A DNA stretch of 64,000 nucleotides from Savitreella phatthalungensis (lineage: Eukaryota): NCBI GenBank assembly GCA_051599415.1, contig AP039714.1, positions 1-64,000 on the forward strand, written 5' to 3'. Made by a program: the position numbers and the translations under genes. Below are positions 31,444-41,412 of the stretch, piece by piece. Under the pieces are notes generated by a model. The model saw only the letters and a program-made list of their open reading frames with translations. It had not been told where the DNA came from and ran no database searches. The first letter of the stretch is position 1. Each line of letters starts with the position of its first letter.

Positions 31444-31490
31444 TCACCTCGAGCGCAGTCCAAACGGGCTCGAATGTATACATTTCTCAA

Positions 31491-32456
31491 TCAATAGTCG
31501 TCTGCCTCCTCCTCCTTTTTAATGACTATACGTGCAGGCGTGAAACCAGAATGCCGTCTGGCTGCGCTTGCCCTGCGTTGAAGGTTTTCTTGGGCACGCT
31601 GCCCGCTATCGAGAGCAAAGAAGGAAGTAGATGTCGCATCATCTGATGTCGACGATTCACTTGAGTCTTCGACCTTGATCTTCGGTTTCGACAGAGCCGA
31701 AGGAAGCGTGCTCGCACGTCTGCCACCGACCATGGAGACTCCGAACCACGTTACGATTGTGAAAAGGACACTACTGAGCCAGAAAAGGGAAGAGAAGACG
31801 AAGAAGGAGGGCAAGCGATAATTGTACAGCCACCAAGCCAATCCTTGCAAACGCGACTGGAAACGCAGGCTGCAGCTGTACACCGCGAGCTCTGGCGAAG
31901 AGAGGGAGATGCGCGCATAGTGAGAGCTGCTTCGCCAGCCGGCGTCAAAAGTGTAGCCTTCATAAAGCCGGGTGGACAGATGCTGCTCCTCGCGTGTCCA
32001 CCCTCCAAGGACAGCGCCTGCCTTCAGCACCGTTCCCGACCAGTGTATCGCCGGTGATTTGTAGCGGAGTATGTTCGGCCGGCTACTGGCAATCAGAGGC
32101 ACATCTCCGTCAGACTCGCCTGCAACGCCGGCGAAGAACTCAAGCGACACCATGAAATTCCCTATCTGGTGATTGTTCGGAGAATCCGGTAGTGCAATGT
32201 CAATTGATATGTCGTATGGCTGGCCCGTGAGCAGCTTGTTGGGGGAGAAGGGGAGATCCAGCTTTGCCCAGGGAGCATCGCCGTGGAACTGCAGGTGCAC
32301 CGGCATGAGGACCTGATGCGCAGGCACATTGTAATAGTAGAAGATGATGAAAGACAAGGCCGAGACGCCCAGCAGCGCCGTCAGACTACCCACGAGGGCA
32401 ACAGAATTGAGCAGAGCCCGAAGCACATCAGTATAAGATGAGCCAGACTTGCGCAT
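31491..32456 (-). CDS. SEI1: Seipin (Fld1/Sei1)
   Basis: Two TMs flanking a lumenal domain with VHLQF, GQPYDISI.IALPDSPNN..IGNFMV and GLAWWLYNY. Confidence 0.9.
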   Translation of the reverse strand: MRKSGSSYTDVLRALLNSVALVGSLTALLGVSALSFIIFYYYNVPAHQVLMPVHLQFHGDAPWAKLDLPFSPNKLLTGQPYDISIDIALPDSPNNHQIGNFMVSLEFFAGVAGESDGDVPLIASSRPNILRYKSPAIHWSGTVLKAGAVLGGWTREEQHLSTRLYEGYTFDAGWRSSSHYARISLSSPELAVYSCSLRFQSRLQGLAWWLYNYRLPSFFVFSSLFWLSSVLFTIVTWFGVSMVGGRRASTLPSALSKPKIKVEDSSESSTSDDATSTSFFALDSGQRAQENLQRRASAARRHSGFTPARIVIKKEEEADDY

Positions 32457-32536
32457 GGCACGTGAGCTGGTCTTGGTGTGATGTAAGGGTCAAAAAGGCG
32501 CGTTTAATAGCATGAATATGACGTCTGAAATTTAAA

Positions 32537-33462
32537 CTACAACTTGATCTCCCGTTCACGCGCAAGATCAACATGCATGAAGTTGGCTTTGAGCGGCGTT
32601 ACAGAAACGTTGTGGCTTGCAACAACCCATGTGTCTGACTTGCGCCCATGGTCAGAGTCAATTTTGGCCGCAATGTCCTCGAACCTGGGACGGAACTCAA
32701 ACACCGGCGCTGTGGCCTGCTCTCCTAGTCTTAGCTTGGCCTCGGTCATGGGCGCTTGGCTAGGCTGGAAGAGCGACGAGTGCGTGGCCTGGTGGATATG
32801 TGTGAAGTAGACCTTAGCTGTGCCATCGATGAGCTCTTTGCAAAGTGGAACATTGATGGTATAAAGATCGACGCCGTCGTCCCAGTTGTCCACAAGATAT
32901 TTGACCAGGCGAATGACCAGATTTGTGGCGGCATCGACCCATTGAGGCTCAGACTGTTTCGGCCAGATGGCGTAAGAGACGGCAATACCTCGCACGCCAG
33001 CTCCGACGCCCTCGAGCGCTGCACCGATGGTTCCGGACGAGAGCGCCGCCAAGCTTGAGGTGTTGCGACCAAAGTTTGGTCCGGACAAGACTAGATCCGG
33101 TCTGGAGGTGCACAAATGGTGAATGCCGATTGAAGTACAGGTTGCCGGAGTGCCTGACAGGAGATACCACAAATTCGGATCATCATCCTGCTTCGACGGC
33201 GCTGAATCGAGTCGTGCGCCTGCGGCCGCATCCCATCGTGTCAGACGCACCTTGTCGCTCACAAAGATAGCCTTGCCAATCCACGACTTTTGCGACGATG
33301 GCAAGGCGACAGTGGTTTTCCAGTCCGTGGAACTGCGAATTCGATCCCAAAGCGGCTTGATGTATGGAGAGTCGGCTGCAGGCGGCCCGTCATCATCTAT
33401 CGGTCAGGAACAGTGCAAATCTAGTCTGCTATGATTCACTTACTCGTCATTAAGATATGCAT
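32537..33462 (-). CDS. SurE-family 5'/3'-nucleotidase (one intron)
   Basis: Removing intron 33443-33397 gives MHILMTNDDGPP. Also SPY, P..QKSWIGKA, GTPATC, DLVLSGPNFGRN and SSGTIGAALEG. Confidence 0.92.
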
Positions 33463-33554
33463 TGTGTCGCGAATATGCCGAGACAGGCTCCACAATCCGC
33501 CTGATAAATGTGCAAATGTGATACACCAGAAAGGCACGGACATTGGGCAAAGTG

Positions 33555-36500
33555 ATGGCGTGTGCCTCAAGGGAGGAGCTGCATGCACTCGCTCAATGGC
33601 TGGAGGAGCGGAAAAAGGGCGATGTGGATCGGCAAGAATTTCTAGGCCGGGCTGCGTCTTTACTGCAACTCCTGCCCACACGATGGGACTCACAGACGGG
33701 CCTCCGCGCGGTTCTGCGAAACATTACTCAGAGCACCATCGAGCTGATTCGCCGAGTCACAACGCGTCAAGAATTCGACGAGATCATCTCGAAGCACGTT
33801 GCTGCACTACTCGTCGGCGAGGAATCACTCGACAAGCCTGCAGTTGCTGCTCTCGAGATGGTCGCCCTGCACGCTCGACCATCCATCATCACTGACATTG
33901 AGCCGGACTTTTTCCCCAAGCGGCTGAGCTTGTTGCGCGACTCGAACATGGCGTCTCTGGTGGGCAGACTGCTTTCTTTGGTTGCTGCTCCACAGGCGTG
34001 GACCGAGGCCGTGATCGCGGCACTAAGAGACCCGGATCTCCAGTGGCGTCAGAACATCCTCACATACTTACTGCCGAATCTTGTGAGTGTCAACCCCGCA
34101 CTGTTCAGCCAGCTCCACGCTGCCTTGAGTACAGACACAGCTGAAGACCTGATCACCCGCCTTCAGTGCTTGCAGGTCGGCAAGGACGCGCAGATATGGG
34201 ACGACGAGACGTACATTGATCTTCCGCTTTTATGTCACGCAGATCATCGCGTCAGAACAGCCGCTCTATCTCTGATGATCGAGCATCCAAAAACTGGAAA
34301 GAGGATATCAGTAAATACCATGGCGCTTGTGCGTCGGACTCTAGTCGCTTTCTTCGAGGAGACTGCACCATTCGCCAGGAAGAATGTTTTGATGGCAATG
34401 CGTGTGCTTTTGGTACGCCTTCAGGGTTCATGTCAGCAAGCCAGTCTGGTGATCTCACGCAATCGTGATTCGCTCGACGCTGTGTCGTCCGCAACTGAAT
34501 ATTTGCGACAAGCAGCTGACTTCGGTAAGTGGTTCGCCAATACGCTACTGCGTTGCATCCAGCCTGGTTCTGGCTTTCAGCGTACCTTTGTATCGCTACA
34601 AGTGATGATGCTGTGTGCGGTCTATGGCTGGCAGCCCGGCACAACGCGGCTGCGGTGCCCCGACAAGCTCACTTCGCTTCTGCCATCCCCTCGCGCTGCA
34701 AAAGAGCTGGCTCCGCTCCCGTTCGAGACTCCACTCTTTCGTGGTCGAGCAAGGAGGTTGCTTCTCGAGCGTTTGATAGATCCCTGGGCAGATAATCGTG
34801 CCATGGCGATCGCTATTCTCGAGAGCATGGGAGGCGCTAATGCCGAGGAGACCGACCAGATGCAGAAGAACGCTAGATCTGCGTTGGTATCTGCAAGAGC
34901 TCGTGATGCTGATGGTGCGGCAAGAGCGATGCAATACGTTTTCAGCACAGCAACCGACCACGACACATATGTTCTCGGCGTGCTAGACGAGATCGCCAAC
35001 GACGCAATTGCGGCACGCGATGATCTCCTTACACAAGCCCATGGATCTCATTTGCATGGACGACTCTTGGCCGTTGGGTACATGCTTGAGACATATACGC
35101 CGCCGCGCCGCGTTTGCCGTCGTGCTGTTGATATTGTTCAAATGATATGGTCGGCGACAGAGGGCGTGCTTTGTGACGATTCACCGGAGGGCTCGAATCC
35201 TTTCTTGAAAGGCTACAACGATCGAGCACTGCGCGGTCCAGAGACTCAACTCGTCTTGTCATATTGTTGGCGCGGGCTGAAGGAGGCTGGTAATTTGCTC
35301 GATCGAGTCCTGGCAACAGGCAACCTGGATTATCAGAGCGTATGTGAGGCGGGAGATTTATTGCAGAGCTGGCTCCTTCGTGTGCGTCATCGCGGCGCTT
35401 TCAGTACCGTCGAGCCGATCTTTGTTAACCTATGCGCGCGACTTCTCGTCTCGAAAGATGAAGATCTTCGCAGGCTGCCGCATCGCTGGCTGGTTAATAA
35501 CATTGACGGTCTTAGCCGCACACGCGATCTCACCCGTCGCTCTGCTGGAATTCCAATGTCTATCGTTGCAGTTCTCATCGGGGAAGCTCGACAGCGTCGT
35601 CCAGATTCGAGTCCGCTGCTGGACGAAGCCGTCGACAGGCTGCTTACGATCGCAGCAGCATCGGCACCGGAGAGCGCCTGTGGTGATCTGCCACAGGTAC
35701 ATGCAATGAACACACTCAAAGAGATTTTTCGTGAATCTTCTTTGAGTCGTGCCAGCGAGGCATACGTTGAGCGAAGCTTCTTTGTAGCCATGGACGGCTT
35801 CTATTCGGACGTCTGGGCGATTCGAAACTGTAGCTTGATGCTGTTCAATGCCACCATGCATCGCTCCTTCGGCGGCTACTTTTCCCGCGAGCACTCAAAG
35901 GTACACACTCTCAGCACAAGAGCTTTCTTCGGCAAGTATCCCGCTTTGGCTGATCGTGTAGAGGACGAGTTGGAGACGTGTGTAGCTGCTCTGCTTGGAG
36001 AGGAGACCGTCGTCACCACAGCACTCCACCCATTGCTGGGTTTGATAGCTCGGCTGGATTTACCGAGGTTCACGGCTGAACAGGATCACTACTGGGCACG
36101 ACGAGCCAAATTTGCCGGGTTGATAGAGGCCTGTGCTGCCAGCAGGATCTGGCCAGTCAGGAGTATGGCAGCCAAAGCATTGCCAACACTTGTTGAGGCA
36201 TGTGACGTAGCAGCCTTCGCAATTACGGCACTTAATCAAGCTTCCCTGGCGCAACAGAACACACTTCATGGCGTTCTGCTCCAGATCGCTTCGCTCATTA
36301 AATACCTGCTCGAGGGGCGTGCGCCTTCAGACATCGACATTGGACAGATCTTTGGTGAGGTTTCCAAGGCTTTACTCCGTCGATTTGACGATTTCGCCAC
36401 AGGAAATGACTGTCCTCTCACGCACGCCGCTTTTCTTGGAATCGCGCAAGACTTCAATTCGACCGAGCTGGAGAGGCGCATTTCCGAGGACGCTAGACAA

Positions 36501-37526
36501 GTGCTAGAGTCAGCGCATTCCGCGCCTGGACGCGAAGACCTTGAGAGAGTCGCCACCTCCATTGCGCTCTCGCACCCCACTCCAGAGCTTCTTGTCGAGC
36601 TCATTAAGCACGATAGCGCGATAGTCAGGCTGACCAGCCTGCAACAGCTAGCGGCGGACAAGTCACTCAGATCGATCGCAGGATGCGCTCAGGTTGTCGA
36701 TGCTCTACTCAACAGGATTGCTGTCGAGACCTGGGTGCCGTTGCAGCTTGCTACACGCGATGCGCTCGGCTCACTCTCGAAGGCTGTGCTGGCGAATAGT
36801 ATAAGTGCTTCCATTGGCGCCCGACAGCTTGCGGTCTTGGACGAACACGAACCAGGATCAGCTATGTACACAAGCACGCTTCTACTGGCAGGCTGCCTAC
36901 CCTTGGCTGAAACTGTGGTCAGTCTTGTGAAACATCTGCGTATCGCCGCTGGGGATGCACAGCCGCAGGTGACCCGACGTGCTGCTCTGAGTTGCTTGCT
37001 CAACGGCAGTGACGATCTACCCCGTCACGCTCTTGTGACATTGATACCATTATTGTCCGATGATGACGAAGAATTACGTGAGGCTGCAGCAGACGGTGTC
37101 TGCCGCAGAATTTTGCATTGCCAGACCTTGAGTCCACAATTTGCTCGCGAACGTCTGCTAAGTCATTTCGCAGAATTGGACGACGCCCAAGTGGTCCTAG
37201 CCCTACTCGATCTAATTGAAGACAATCTCGAGGTCTTGCGTCGCGACGCTGCAGCTCTAGATGAGCAAGACCCAACGGAAATCCTGTTCGAGGTTGAGAA
37301 GGTCAATCAGTGGCGTCTACGTGCGGAAGAGAGCAGGGCGATCATGCGGCAAATCGAATGTCGCGCACTTGATGCCCAGGCGAATACAAGGCTCGACCAT
37401 CTGCGATCCGTCGCTCGCCGGGGCCTGGAGATTTATCAAACCAGCTTCGACTTGGAAACTCCTCTCGCGAATGGTCTAAGGGCTGACAATTGGCAGCACC
37501 TTTCTCTGTGTCTGAGTCTTGCTTAA
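33555..37526 (+). CDS. TRM732: THADA/Trm732 (DUF2428) tRNA methylation cofactor
   Basis: DDSPEG, LSYCWRGLKE, RHRGAF, TRRSAGIP, PQVHAMN.LK.IF and WAIRNCSLMLF. First ATG at 33555. Confidence 0.93.
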   Translation: MACASREELHALAQWLEERKKGDVDRQEFLGRAASLLQLLPTRWDSQTGLRAVLRNITQSTIELIRRVTTRQEFDEIISKHVAALLVGEESLDKPAVAALEMVALHARPSIITDIEPDFFPKRLSLLRDSNMASLVGRLLSLVAAPQAWTEAVIAALRDPDLQWRQNILTYLLPNLVSVNPALFSQLHAALSTDTAEDLITRLQCLQVGKDAQIWDDETYIDLPLLCHADHRVRTAALSLMIEHPKTGKRISVNTMALVRRTLVAFFEETAPFARKNVLMAMRVLLVRLQGSCQQASLVISRNRDSLDAVSSATEYLRQAADFGKWFANTLLRCIQPGSGFQRTFVSLQVMMLCAVYGWQPGTTRLRCPDKLTSLLPSPRAAKELAPLPFETPLFRGRARRLLLERLIDPWADNRAMAIAILESMGGANAEETDQMQKNARSALVSARARDADGAARAMQYVFSTATDHDTYVLGVLDEIANDAIAARDDLLTQAHGSHLHGRLLAVGYMLETYTPPRRVCRRAVDIVQMIWSATEGVLCDDSPEGSNPFLKGYNDRALRGPETQLVLSYCWRGLKEAGNLLDRVLATGNLDYQSVCEAGDLLQSWLLRVRHRGAFSTVEPIFVNLCARLLVSKDEDLRRLPHRWLVNNIDGLSRTRDLTRRSAGIPMSIVAVLIGEARQRRPDSSPLLDEAVDRLLTIAAASAPESACGDLPQVHAMNTLKEIFRESSLSRASEAYVERSFFVAMDGFYSDVWAIRNCSLMLFNATMHRSFGGYFSREHSKVHTLSTRAFFGKYPALADRVEDELETCVAALLGEETVVTTALHPLLGLIARLDLPRFTAEQDHYWARRAKFAGLIEACAASRIWPVRSMAAKALPTLVEACDVAAFAITALNQASLAQQNTLHGVLLQIASLIKYLLEGRAPSDIDIGQIFGEVSKALLRRFDDFATGNDCPLTHAAFLGIAQDFNSTELERRISEDARQVLESAHSAPGREDLERVATSIALSHPTPELLVELIKHDSAIVRLTSLQQLAADKSLRSIAGCAQVVDALLNRIAVETWVPLQLATRDALGSLSKAVLANSISASIGARQLAVLDEHEPGSAMYTSTLLLAGCLPLAETVVSLVKHLRIAAGDAQPQVTRRAALSCLLNGSDDLPRHALVTLIPLLSDDDEELREAAADGVCRRILHCQTLSPQFARERLLSHFAELDDAQVVLALLDLIEDNLEVLRRDAAALDEQDPTEILFEVEKVNQWRLRAEESRAIMRQIECRALDAQANTRLDHLRSVARRGLEIYQTSFDLETPLANGLRADNWQHLSLCLSLA

Positions 37527-38398
37527 GCTGAGGCCTCGACCGTTCGACACGCTTTGACGATGGCTGCTACGTCAATTCCTAGCTTAGTAGTCTCCCAAGA
37601 AGGACCTCTTGTCTCATAGAGCTCCGCAAACCGAGCTGCGCAATGCGCGAGATCGCGCAGATTGACATCGCAAATTTCGTGAAAGTCACGTCTCCGTCGC
37701 GTGCCTGTCACGTTCGGTGCCTGCTCTGACCGATCTTGTGGTACGCTGTCGATGTGGACGAGCGTCTCGCCGACGATCTGCGAAGCGATCAAGAGTGAAG
37801 CAGCAGCAACGGTCCTGGGATCGTGCTGAATGCAGATCGCCGTACGAACGGACTCGTTTGCGAGCATCCAGGCAGGCTTTGCCGTGGCTTGGTTGGCACC
37901 GAACTGTTTCCACAGGCGCTTAAGCGTCGTGTAAGGCTGCAGAATATTGAGGTCGAAGCATAGTGCCTCGAGCAAGGTTTCCTCAAGGTAAAGTATGACA
38001 TCGCGCCAGCGCCAGTAGTCTTTACTTTGCTCGTCAACCACGCGGTCACTTTTGCTAGCCACCTGGCAGCAAGCGATAACAATGTCACGCAGCTTTTTCA
38101 CGGTCTCTTCGCACTTTGTCGCCAGAAAGACGCAGGTCGCGGCGACTTCGTAGTAGTGATATTCTCGCAGGCTGTGTCTCATGTAGAATCGATGAAGGAA
38201 GATCGATGCCGTAGCGAGCGTTGGCGGTGGCAGGTGAAGCTTGTGGCAGACGCGCTGCACAAAGTCGCAACCCTTTCCGCGTTCGATGGCTTCGCGGGCG
38301 GCATCATGGCCAGTCTGAATTGACGGCGTACGAAGCAGCTCCTCGTCGGTGAAGAGCCACTTGTTCAGTTGCGATCGAACTTCAGGGTCATCTTCCAT
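37523..38398 (-). CDS. Transcriptional cyclin (Pch1/cyclin K/T-like)
   Basis: WLFT.EEL..TPS, ATASIFLHRFYM, AATCVFLATKCEE..KLRDI and WRD.IL..EE.LLEALCFD. Confidence 0.93.
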   Translation of the reverse strand: MEDDPEVRSQLNKWLFTDEELLRTPSIQTGHDAAREAIERGKGCDFVQRVCHKLHLPPPTLATASIFLHRFYMRHSLREYHYYEVAATCVFLATKCEETVKKLRDIVIACCQVASKSDRVVDEQSKDYWRWRDVILYLEETLLEALCFDLNILQPYTTLKRLWKQFGANQATAKPAWMLANESVRTAICIQHDPRTVAAASLLIASQIVGETLVHIDSVPQDRSEQAPNVTGTRRRRDFHEICDVNLRDLAHCAARFAELYETRGPSWETTKLGIDVAAIVKACRTVEASA

Positions 38399-38443
38399 TG
38401 TGTGTAGATCTTAGGTCGTATCATTAACAATTCTTCTATTGCA

Positions 38444-40246
38444 TCAAACTACGGTGACGCATTTCTGAACGTGGTCAGTCTTGCGGCGTGTTGCCTTGAG
38501 CAGGCCCATGAATCGCATCTCTGTGAGAGCCCTCATGAAGAGCGCTTGGGAAAGCGGCGAGTCGTCATCTTCACTGAAAGCTCGACACCAGTCGTACACG
38601 TTGATGAGTTGACCGGAGTCCTGGAACAGACTGAAGGCCTTGACGATCGGTAAGGCAGTGAAGCTCAGAGCCTTGCCGAGCCCGCTGCGGACGTCTACGG
38701 CGAAGCTGGCTGTATGCAGACACGATTGATCGAACCAATAGAGTTCGTGTAAAGGGAGATGCTCATGGTTGATGAGCTTGTCCTGGAAGTACTTGTGGAG
38801 AAGGACGTCGAGTCTATCGACTAGTGCAGTCCAACGCTGCTGCTTCAATGTCAGACTACCGCGAAGAGCTTCTGCCACAGCTTTCGAAGAAGTGCTACTA
38901 GCACGAGTCGTCCTTGATGCACGCAGCTCGTGTTCGGTTCGAGGCGATGAGATCCGCGGGGCCAATCCGAGTTTGGTGTCGTTAGCTCTGTAGAAAGAAT
39001 CGAGCTTGCGGAGTTCTAGTGGTCGAGACTCCGTGCCAGAGTCGTCGGCCATGCCCATTATGTTATCGAGCTCCACCATTAGACTCGCGGCTTCAGACAG
39101 CGCCGACGTCGCGAGCCAACCTCGTATTACCTCTGGACGCGCCACACGAAGTCGCACGCGGAGCTCGCCGAGGAGATTGTGTCCCCGCAGCCTTCCAGCT
39201 AGCAAAAGCCTATACAGATCATAGCGGCGGTAGGAGCTGTGCGGCAGAAGACATTCCTTGAGGGAGGAAAGCATGATGAAAGCCTTGTGAACATCTCGTC
39301 GATACTGCAAGATTTCAGACCGCATCCCGTCCAGCTTTGCCCGAAGATATACATCGTCTGTGAGCATCCGGACATCATGTGTTTGCTCTACCAGCTTGCG
39401 CATTGACAACAGGCTGCGTATCACTTCACACTCGTCGTAGGCTGTCGATCCGAAATGGCAAAGCGCGGCGTACCGCAGTGACCGAAGAAACAGATCGGCA
39501 GCACGATGTGCCGTCTTGTAATCCCCGAGAATAGCATCGAAGATCTCGAAGCCGAAGCAAAGACGGTCATCCGTGGCTAGAAGTACATCTGTGACAATTC
39601 GCTCGATCGAGACTTCGCTCGACTCGAGTCGGAAGAGGCGCGCGCATAGGAGCTCGCAAGTGGATGTCGTGAGCAGGCCGCGTAAGTCGTTGAAAGATGT
39701 CGCTACATTTAGCAGCAGTCGAGGGTCGAGCACAGTATCCAGTGCCGTTAAAGCCTGCACAACATGCTCGAGCACAGCCCCCGGCACAGATTCAGCATTT
39801 GTGACTGTGATGACGATACGAGGCCGCTCTGCAGCTTGCTGAAGCCTAGCCCAGCGGCGTATAAGTGCAAGCTCCGACATTCGGCCTTGTAGCGGTCGCC
39901 CACGCTGGGCAATTGCTTGTGAGAGCGTACGCATTGCGAGCCTTACAGTCGTGCAGTCCTGAGGTCGGAGGACCACGACATTGGTCCCGAGCGCGTCCTC
40001 GACATGTCTGAGTAGTCTGTGCGTGCTGGCCGCCTGCTCTCCTGATATTAGTATCGCCGTGCGGATACCATTGTCTGTCGAGCTTTGCAGGAGGTGTTCT
40101 GCAACAGTGCGGTATACTACCTCGTTGTCTTCCCGCAGGATGTGCTCTGTAGCCTGTGTAAAGGCTTTGTCCCAGCGCGCAACGTCCTCATTGTAACGTC
40201 TAGCGTGTTTCCTTCGAGCCCTTGGCCTGAACCGAACGGCGTCCAT
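38444..40246 (-). CDS. ORC3: Origin recognition complex subunit 3
   Basis: C-terminal winged helix SGQLINVYDW...ALF.RAL.E.RFMGLLKATRRKTDHVQK and LPLHEL..F, plus an AAA-like N-terminal region. Confidence 0.88.
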   Translation of the reverse strand: MDAVRFRPRARRKHARRYNEDVARWDKAFTQATEHILREDNEVVYRTVAEHLLQSSTDNGIRTAILISGEQAASTHRLLRHVEDALGTNVVVLRPQDCTTVRLAMRTLSQAIAQRGRPLQGRMSELALIRRWARLQQAAERPRIVITVTNAESVPGAVLEHVVQALTALDTVLDPRLLLNVATSFNDLRGLLTTSTCELLCARLFRLESSEVSIERIVTDVLLATDDRLCFGFEIFDAILGDYKTAHRAADLFLRSLRYAALCHFGSTAYDECEVIRSLLSMRKLVEQTHDVRMLTDDVYLRAKLDGMRSEILQYRRDVHKAFIMLSSLKECLLPHSSYRRYDLYRLLLAGRLRGHNLLGELRVRLRVARPEVIRGWLATSALSEAASLMVELDNIMGMADDSGTESRPLELRKLDSFYRANDTKLGLAPRISSPRTEHELRASRTTRASSTSSKAVAEALRGSLTLKQQRWTALVDRLDVLLHKYFQDKLINHEHLPLHELYWFDQSCLHTASFAVDVRSGLGKALSFTALPIVKAFSLFQDSGQLINVYDWCRAFSEDDDSPLSQALFMRALTEMRFMGLLKATRRKTDHVQKCVTVV

Positions 40247-40326
40247 CGGCCAGGGACATAGACAAGGGAAGTCGAGAACTTCGTCATAAATCGCACGACA
40301 GTGAATACATTTTTACAACGCACGAC

Positions 40327-41333
40327 ATGTCCAAGGTATACATTGGCAACCTGCCGCGTTGCGACGAGCGCGACGTAGAACACTTCCTCCGTGGCTATGG
40401 TCGATTGATCGATGTCAAGGTCCTAGGTCGCTTTGCTTTCGTCGACTTTGATGACCCTCGGGATGCAAAAGATGCCGTTTACGACCTGAACGGCGGCAGA
40501 CTTTTCGGAGAGCGAGTCTCTGTCGAACTTGCTCGCTCCAAGGGAGAGCGTCGAGATCGTCGTGGTGACCCCTACGATGATCGCGAACGTGAACGCGGCG
40601 GTCGCGTTCTCCGATACGACCGACCAAGGCACACGGGTTTCCGTGCGCTCGTCGAAGGGCTAAGCCCAGCATGCTCCTGGCAGGTACGATTCAAGGACTT
40701 CTCCTTCTTCTGCTACTTCTCATGGAATGGCCGGCTCACACATCTCAGGATCTAAAGGACATCTCGCGCACGATCGGCAATGTCACATTCGCCGACTGCC
40801 ATCGCCCCAGAGAGGGTCTTGGGTAAGGATATTTGAGGGTGAAACTCTCGACAATGCAGGGCTAGACTGACCAAGAACATAGAGAGGTTGAGTTCGAAAC
40901 ACTCGATGAGCTTGAACGTGCTTGCCAGGAACTCGACGGCCAGGAACTCAAGGGCTCAGTCATCACCGTCCGCAAGGATCCCGTAAGTGACCATTCAATC
41001 AGATAGCTTGTGGAAACTGACATTGCCTGGCAGGATGCTCGACCTGTTGAGGACTCACGCGATTTCAGGGGACCACCGCCGCCTCGTCGCCGTAGTCGCT
41101 CGCCTTACGGCCGCGGCGGTCCGGCTCGTGGTGGCGACAGAGGTTACCGCCGTGATTCGCCGCCTCCACGCAGGCGTTCTCCTCGTCGCGACTCTCGCTC
41201 ACCACGGCGCGAGTCGCCCGGCAGGTCGCCTCGCAGAGATTCTCCTGCGCGCTCTCCGGAGCCTGCTCGCAGGTCCCCACGCGACGATCCTCGCGACGAT
41301 CCTCGTGACGACCCGCGCGACACGGACTACTAG
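40327..41333 (+). CDS. srp2: SR splicing factor (Srp2-like; RRM + pseudo-RRM + RS tail), 4 exons
   Basis: Exons 40327-40683, 40749-40822, 40883-40982 and 41034-41333. Splicing restores SWQDLKD. RRM1 has KVYIGNL/FAFVDF and the tail is RS/RD-rich. Confidence 0.9.
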
Positions 41334-41412
41334 ATTGTCGACGTATGCAGAGGATCATTCAAATGCGCATCATCCAAACATATTACAAGATAGCATGCCT
41401 AAGCAGATCTCA

